Source: an uncultured Gammaproteobacteria bacterium (GTDB taxonomy: Bacteria > Patescibacteriota > Patescibacteriia > UBA11705 > JABHMO01). Taken from it: a stretch of 64,000 nucleotides of DNA. How positions within the stretch are numbered: position 1 is the first letter of the stretch; each line of letters starts with the position of its first letter. Below the pieces are notes generated by a model. The model had not been told where the DNA came from. It ran no database searches and saw only the letters and a list, made by a program, of their open reading frames with translations. The DNA is taken from positions 90,697-154,696 of the forward strand of contig CAZPYM010000002.1 of assembly GCA_964590105.1 (NCBI GenBank). The letters are read 5' to 3'. Made by a program: the position numbers and the translations under genes. Below are positions 61,289 through 64,000 of the stretch, piece by piece.

Positions 61289-63646
61289 ATGAATGATCAG
61301 CTTATGAAAAAATTCGCTTTTGTATTTTTCATTGTTGGCTTGATGCTTGTTTTGCCGGCTTTTGCCAAGGCCGCGTCACTCAGCAGCACGCTGGCAGGAA
61401 GAATTTTATTGCAAGTGGAACAAAATGGCGAGGCTTGGTACCTTTATCCGAGTGATACTACCAGATATTATCTGGGTAGGCCTGCGGACGCTTTTAGCAT
61501 TATGCGAACGCTTGGACTGGGTATCAGTGAAAGTGATTATGGCCAGTTTAAAGATAAGGCGCCTCTGCGTTTGGCCGGAAAAATTTTACTTCGCGTTCAG
61601 GCCGGCGGAGAAGCGTATTATGTTTATCCTTTGGATTTAAAATTATATTATTTGGGTCGACCAGCCGATGCTTTTGACATAATGAGAAAATTGGGACTGG
61701 GCATTGCTGATAAAAATTTGGAATTAATTGCCGTAAATGAAAAAAGTCAGGCGGTTAGAAAAGTTGAAACGTCAGACACCAGCGCTGATAATGGAAATGT
61801 AAAAAATACCGAAGCCACGCCTGAAGCACAAAGCGGTGGCGGCACATCTGACAAATCAGTAATATTTGAAGTGGCGGTGAATGATTTCACCTCCCACAAA
61901 AATTTCGATAATATCAAGAATCTGCCGAATGCTTACATTAATGTATATAATATTGAAGTTACCAGTGCCAATTACAAGGGAACTCTTAAGGAAACTTTAG
62001 TAACGGGCGCTGACGCTATGGCTGAAACTTCTGTCGGCCTGGGAGAAATGGTTGACTTTGTTGGTTTTCAAACGCTGGAGCAGGCCAAGAGTTATCCAAC
62101 TTGGAATTTTGGCACGCCTTCATACAAGAATTTTGGCGATGCGGACCAGTTGTGCCAGATTAATTTCAAGAACACTAGTCAATATTTAAAAAATGACAAA
62201 AGTTATGCCTGCGCTAATTCACTTAGCGTTCCTTATCAGGATATTTCAACGATAAAACCAGAAACCATAACCACTGAAACAACAACATCAACACCTTCAA
62301 CCACTTTAGTCGCCACTCCAAATTGGGGATGGAAGCTGGCTACAACTGTGGATGATACTTATAATTTCATTAATGGATTTGGTAGTTATGGCGACCCGGT
62401 TTATGTTGGCGATATTGCCTGGACAGAAAAAGGATTTTATATTTTTTATCGGGCGGATAAAACCGGCACAGCTGATTGGGGCTGGAAAATGGCTCCGGAC
62501 AATGATGATTTGTATAATTTTTTGAATCGCAAAGGAGCTTATACCGGATTGCCGAAAGATCAAGCGTTTGTTGTTGACACGGACAGCGGCAAGTATGTAT
62601 TTTATCGCGGTACGGACGCGACTGCCAGCTGGGGTTGGAAAAAATCAACAGCAATTGATGATATGTATAATTATGTCAATGGATTCGGTGGTTATTCCAA
62701 ATCTTATGTCGGCAGTATCAGCGGTCGAGCAACTAATGACATTACCATGTTTTATGACGATAGCCAGATTGGGACAAAAAATTGGGGCTGGAAACTGGCT
62801 GGAACCATTGATGATGCTTACAACTTTTTGAACAATTTGGAAGGCTACACAGCATCTCAATTTGATGTGCATAATGTTAAAGTCCTTACACAGGGATCAT
62901 ACTTTTACATTTTCTACAACACAGCTGAGGACACTACTTCGACAATCCCAGCAACTCCCGCAACTCCAGCAACTCCTGCAACACCAGCAACTCCCGCTAC
63001 GCCGGCTGTTGTCGTGCCGAACTGGGGCTGGAAATTAGCCACGACTGTTGATGATGCGTATAACTTTATCAATGGATTTGGTAGTTATGGCGACCCGGTT
63101 TATGTTGGCGATATTGCCTGGACAGAAAAAGGATTTTACATTTTCTATCGTTCAGACAAAACCGGCACAGCTGATTGGGGCTGGAAACTCGGTTCTGATA
63201 ATGACGATATTTATAATATGCTGAATAGCAATGGCACATATAGCGCGTCATACGGCGGATTGCCGATAGATCGGGCATTGATGGTTGATACAGACAATGG
63301 CAAATATGTATTTTATCGAGGCACGGACGCGACTGCCAGCTGGGGCTGGAAAAAAGCCACGGAAATTAATGACATGTACAATTATGTAAATGGACTCGGC
63401 ACATATTCCAAAGCTTATGCCGGCACGATCAGCGGCCGAGCCACCAATGACATTACTATGTTTTATGATAATAGTCAGACGGGAACAAAAGACTGGGGCT
63501 GGAAACTGGCCACAACAGTGGATGACGCCTACAACTTCATGAACCGATTGTCAGGCTACACAAAGGCGGAGGGGTATGTCTATAATATAGATGTTTTCAC
63601 CACTGCGGAAAATTATTTTTATATTTTTTACAACAAGGCTGAATAA
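61289..63646 (+). CDS. Large secreted repeat protein. An N-terminal module is duplicated twice. Two tandem roughly 230-aa repeats carry WGWK motifs and are joined by a (PAT)n linker. Probable cell-surface/cell-wall-binding protein.
   Basis: 785 aa. Signal peptide MKKFAFVFFIVGLMLVLPAFA. RILLQVEQNGEAWYLYPSDTTRYYLGRPADAFSIMRTLGLGI occurs twice. 62290-62920 and 62990-63640 are near-identical at the nucleotide level; the strongest stretch is over 60 nt exact (GGATTTGGTAGTTATGGCGACCCGGTTTATGTTGGCGATATTGCCTGGACAGAAAAAGGATTTTA). NWGWK occurs 8 times. ATPATPATPATPATPATPA sits at about 62945-63000. Confidence 0.6.
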   Translation: MNDQLMKKFAFVFFIVGLMLVLPAFAKAASLSSTLAGRILLQVEQNGEAWYLYPSDTTRYYLGRPADAFSIMRTLGLGISESDYGQFKDKAPLRLAGKILLRVQAGGEAYYVYPLDLKLYYLGRPADAFDIMRKLGLGIADKNLELIAVNEKSQAVRKVETSDTSADNGNVKNTEATPEAQSGGGTSDKSVIFEVAVNDFTSHKNFDNIKNLPNAYINVYNIEVTSANYKGTLKETLVTGADAMAETSVGLGEMVDFVGFQTLEQAKSYPTWNFGTPSYKNFGDADQLCQINFKNTSQYLKNDKSYACANSLSVPYQDISTIKPETITTETTTSTPSTTLVATPNWGWKLATTVDDTYNFINGFGSYGDPVYVGDIAWTEKGFYIFYRADKTGTADWGWKMAPDNDDLYNFLNRKGAYTGLPKDQAFVVDTDSGKYVFYRGTDATASWGWKKSTAIDDMYNYVNGFGGYSKSYVGSISGRATNDITMFYDDSQIGTKNWGWKLAGTIDDAYNFLNNLEGYTASQFDVHNVKVLTQGSYFYIFYNTAEDTTSTIPATPATPATPATPATPATPAVVVPNWGWKLATTVDDAYNFINGFGSYGDPVYVGDIAWTEKGFYIFYRSDKTGTADWGWKLGSDNDDIYNMLNSNGTYSASYGGLPIDRALMVDTDNGKYVFYRGTDATASWGWKKATEINDMYNYVNGLGTYSKAYAGTISGRATNDITMFYDNSQTGTKDWGWKLATTVDDAYNFMNRLSGYTKAEGYVYNIDVFTTAENYFYIFYNKAE

Positions 63647-63667
63647 AAGTAATTGCCAAAGTTAAAA

Positions 63668-63705
63668 AGCGCCCCGTCCTGATTTTATCAGGCGGGGCGT
63701 TTTGG
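63668..63705 (+). terminator. Rho-independent terminator.
   Basis: CGCCCCGTCCTGA-TTTTA-TCAGGCGGGGCG stem followed by TTTTGG. Confidence 0.6.
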
Positions 63706-64000
63706 ATAAAGAAAAAACAAGCGCCAGGCGCTTGTCTGTGTGTCCTCACGCGGGAGGAGTATCAATTCTAAATACAAAACTAGAGAAAGCTCTCGACAGC
63801 GTGCAGCTGTACTGATTATTGAAATGCCCGGAAATGAATTTCAGGCGAGACGTTTCAGCTTCTTCCATACGTTCCACATGAGCAACACATATTTCATGCG
63901 GCACATTGACTATTTCTCGGATGAATTTTCTGAGATTGATCAGACTGAATTGTGAAGTGGCCGGTACCAAGTAAAACGTGAAAGCAGTTTTGTTTTTTTG

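Noticed and set aside
1-64000. Search for CRISPR arrays, rRNA genes and transposase or IS elements.
   Set aside because: There are no regularly spaced direct repeats with unique spacers. No 16S/23S/5S-like conserved stretches were seen. No ORF has DDE or HTH-transposase signatures. None was reported.

Overview
**Overview.** This 64 kb window is low-GC chromosomal DNA (roughly high-30s % GC by eye). The small, streamlined housekeeping set resembles a Patescibacteria/CPR-like bacterium, but that is inference.

**Origin and core genes.** The window spans the replication-origin neighbourhood. rpmH-rnpA-yidD lie on the minus strand, divergent from dnaA-dnaN on the plus strand. A DnaA-box cluster plus an AT-rich unwinding element sits between dnaA and dnaN. 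Core genes identified by motif: ruvB, rnc, nusB, pnp, rpsO, tig, hppA, rpmF, tsaC, tsaD, tsaE, ychF, comM/yifB, lspA, a pilB/gspE ATPase, a xerC/D-like recombinase, deoxynucleoside kinase, a SpoU methyltransferase, an M23/LysM peptidase, a SpoIID-like protein, rubrerythrin, a PHP phosphoesterase, a RIO kinase, two APH-like kinases and a serpin-like lipoprotein. Eight tRNAs are present: Gly-GCC, Leu-TAA, Ala-GGC, Lys-CTT, Arg-TCG, Arg-TCT, Arg-CCT and Glu-TTC. I found no rRNA, CRISPR array or transposase.

**GC-rich insertions.** Several short segments are visibly much GC-richer than the surrounding AT-rich genes:
- An nfeD-flotillin pair at 0.46-2.97 kb, next to the origin cluster.
- A three-gene island at 39.6-44.5 kb between tig and hppA, encoding a tandem-HTH protein, a GHKL/Bergerat-fold ATPase and a convergent 674-aa coiled-coil protein.
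- Small GC-rich genes at 35.56-35.92 kb, 36.88-37.24 kb and 55.05-55.44 kb. The last one is flanked by ~290-bp direct repeats that duplicate the 3' end of pilB.

The 39.6-44.5 kb island is my best candidate for an undescribed accessory (possibly defence-like) system.

**Other structure worth attention:**
- Dispersed intergenic repeat families: a GC hairpin-pair element, a TTGTAATTTGTT motif upstream of genes, and a CAGTTTC/GAAATTAGAAA family.
- A perfect 20-bp palindrome AATGTTCCACGTGGAACATT present twice around tRNA-Arg(CCT).
- A conserved element trailing two different tRNAs.
- A pair of perfect DnaA boxes 18 kb from the origin.
- An in-frame heptamer expansion inside tsaD.

**Limits.** All functional calls rest on motifs I recognised by eye in the translations. 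I ran no database searches. Coordinates I derived by hand (those not on the ORF track) may be off by 1-2 nt.
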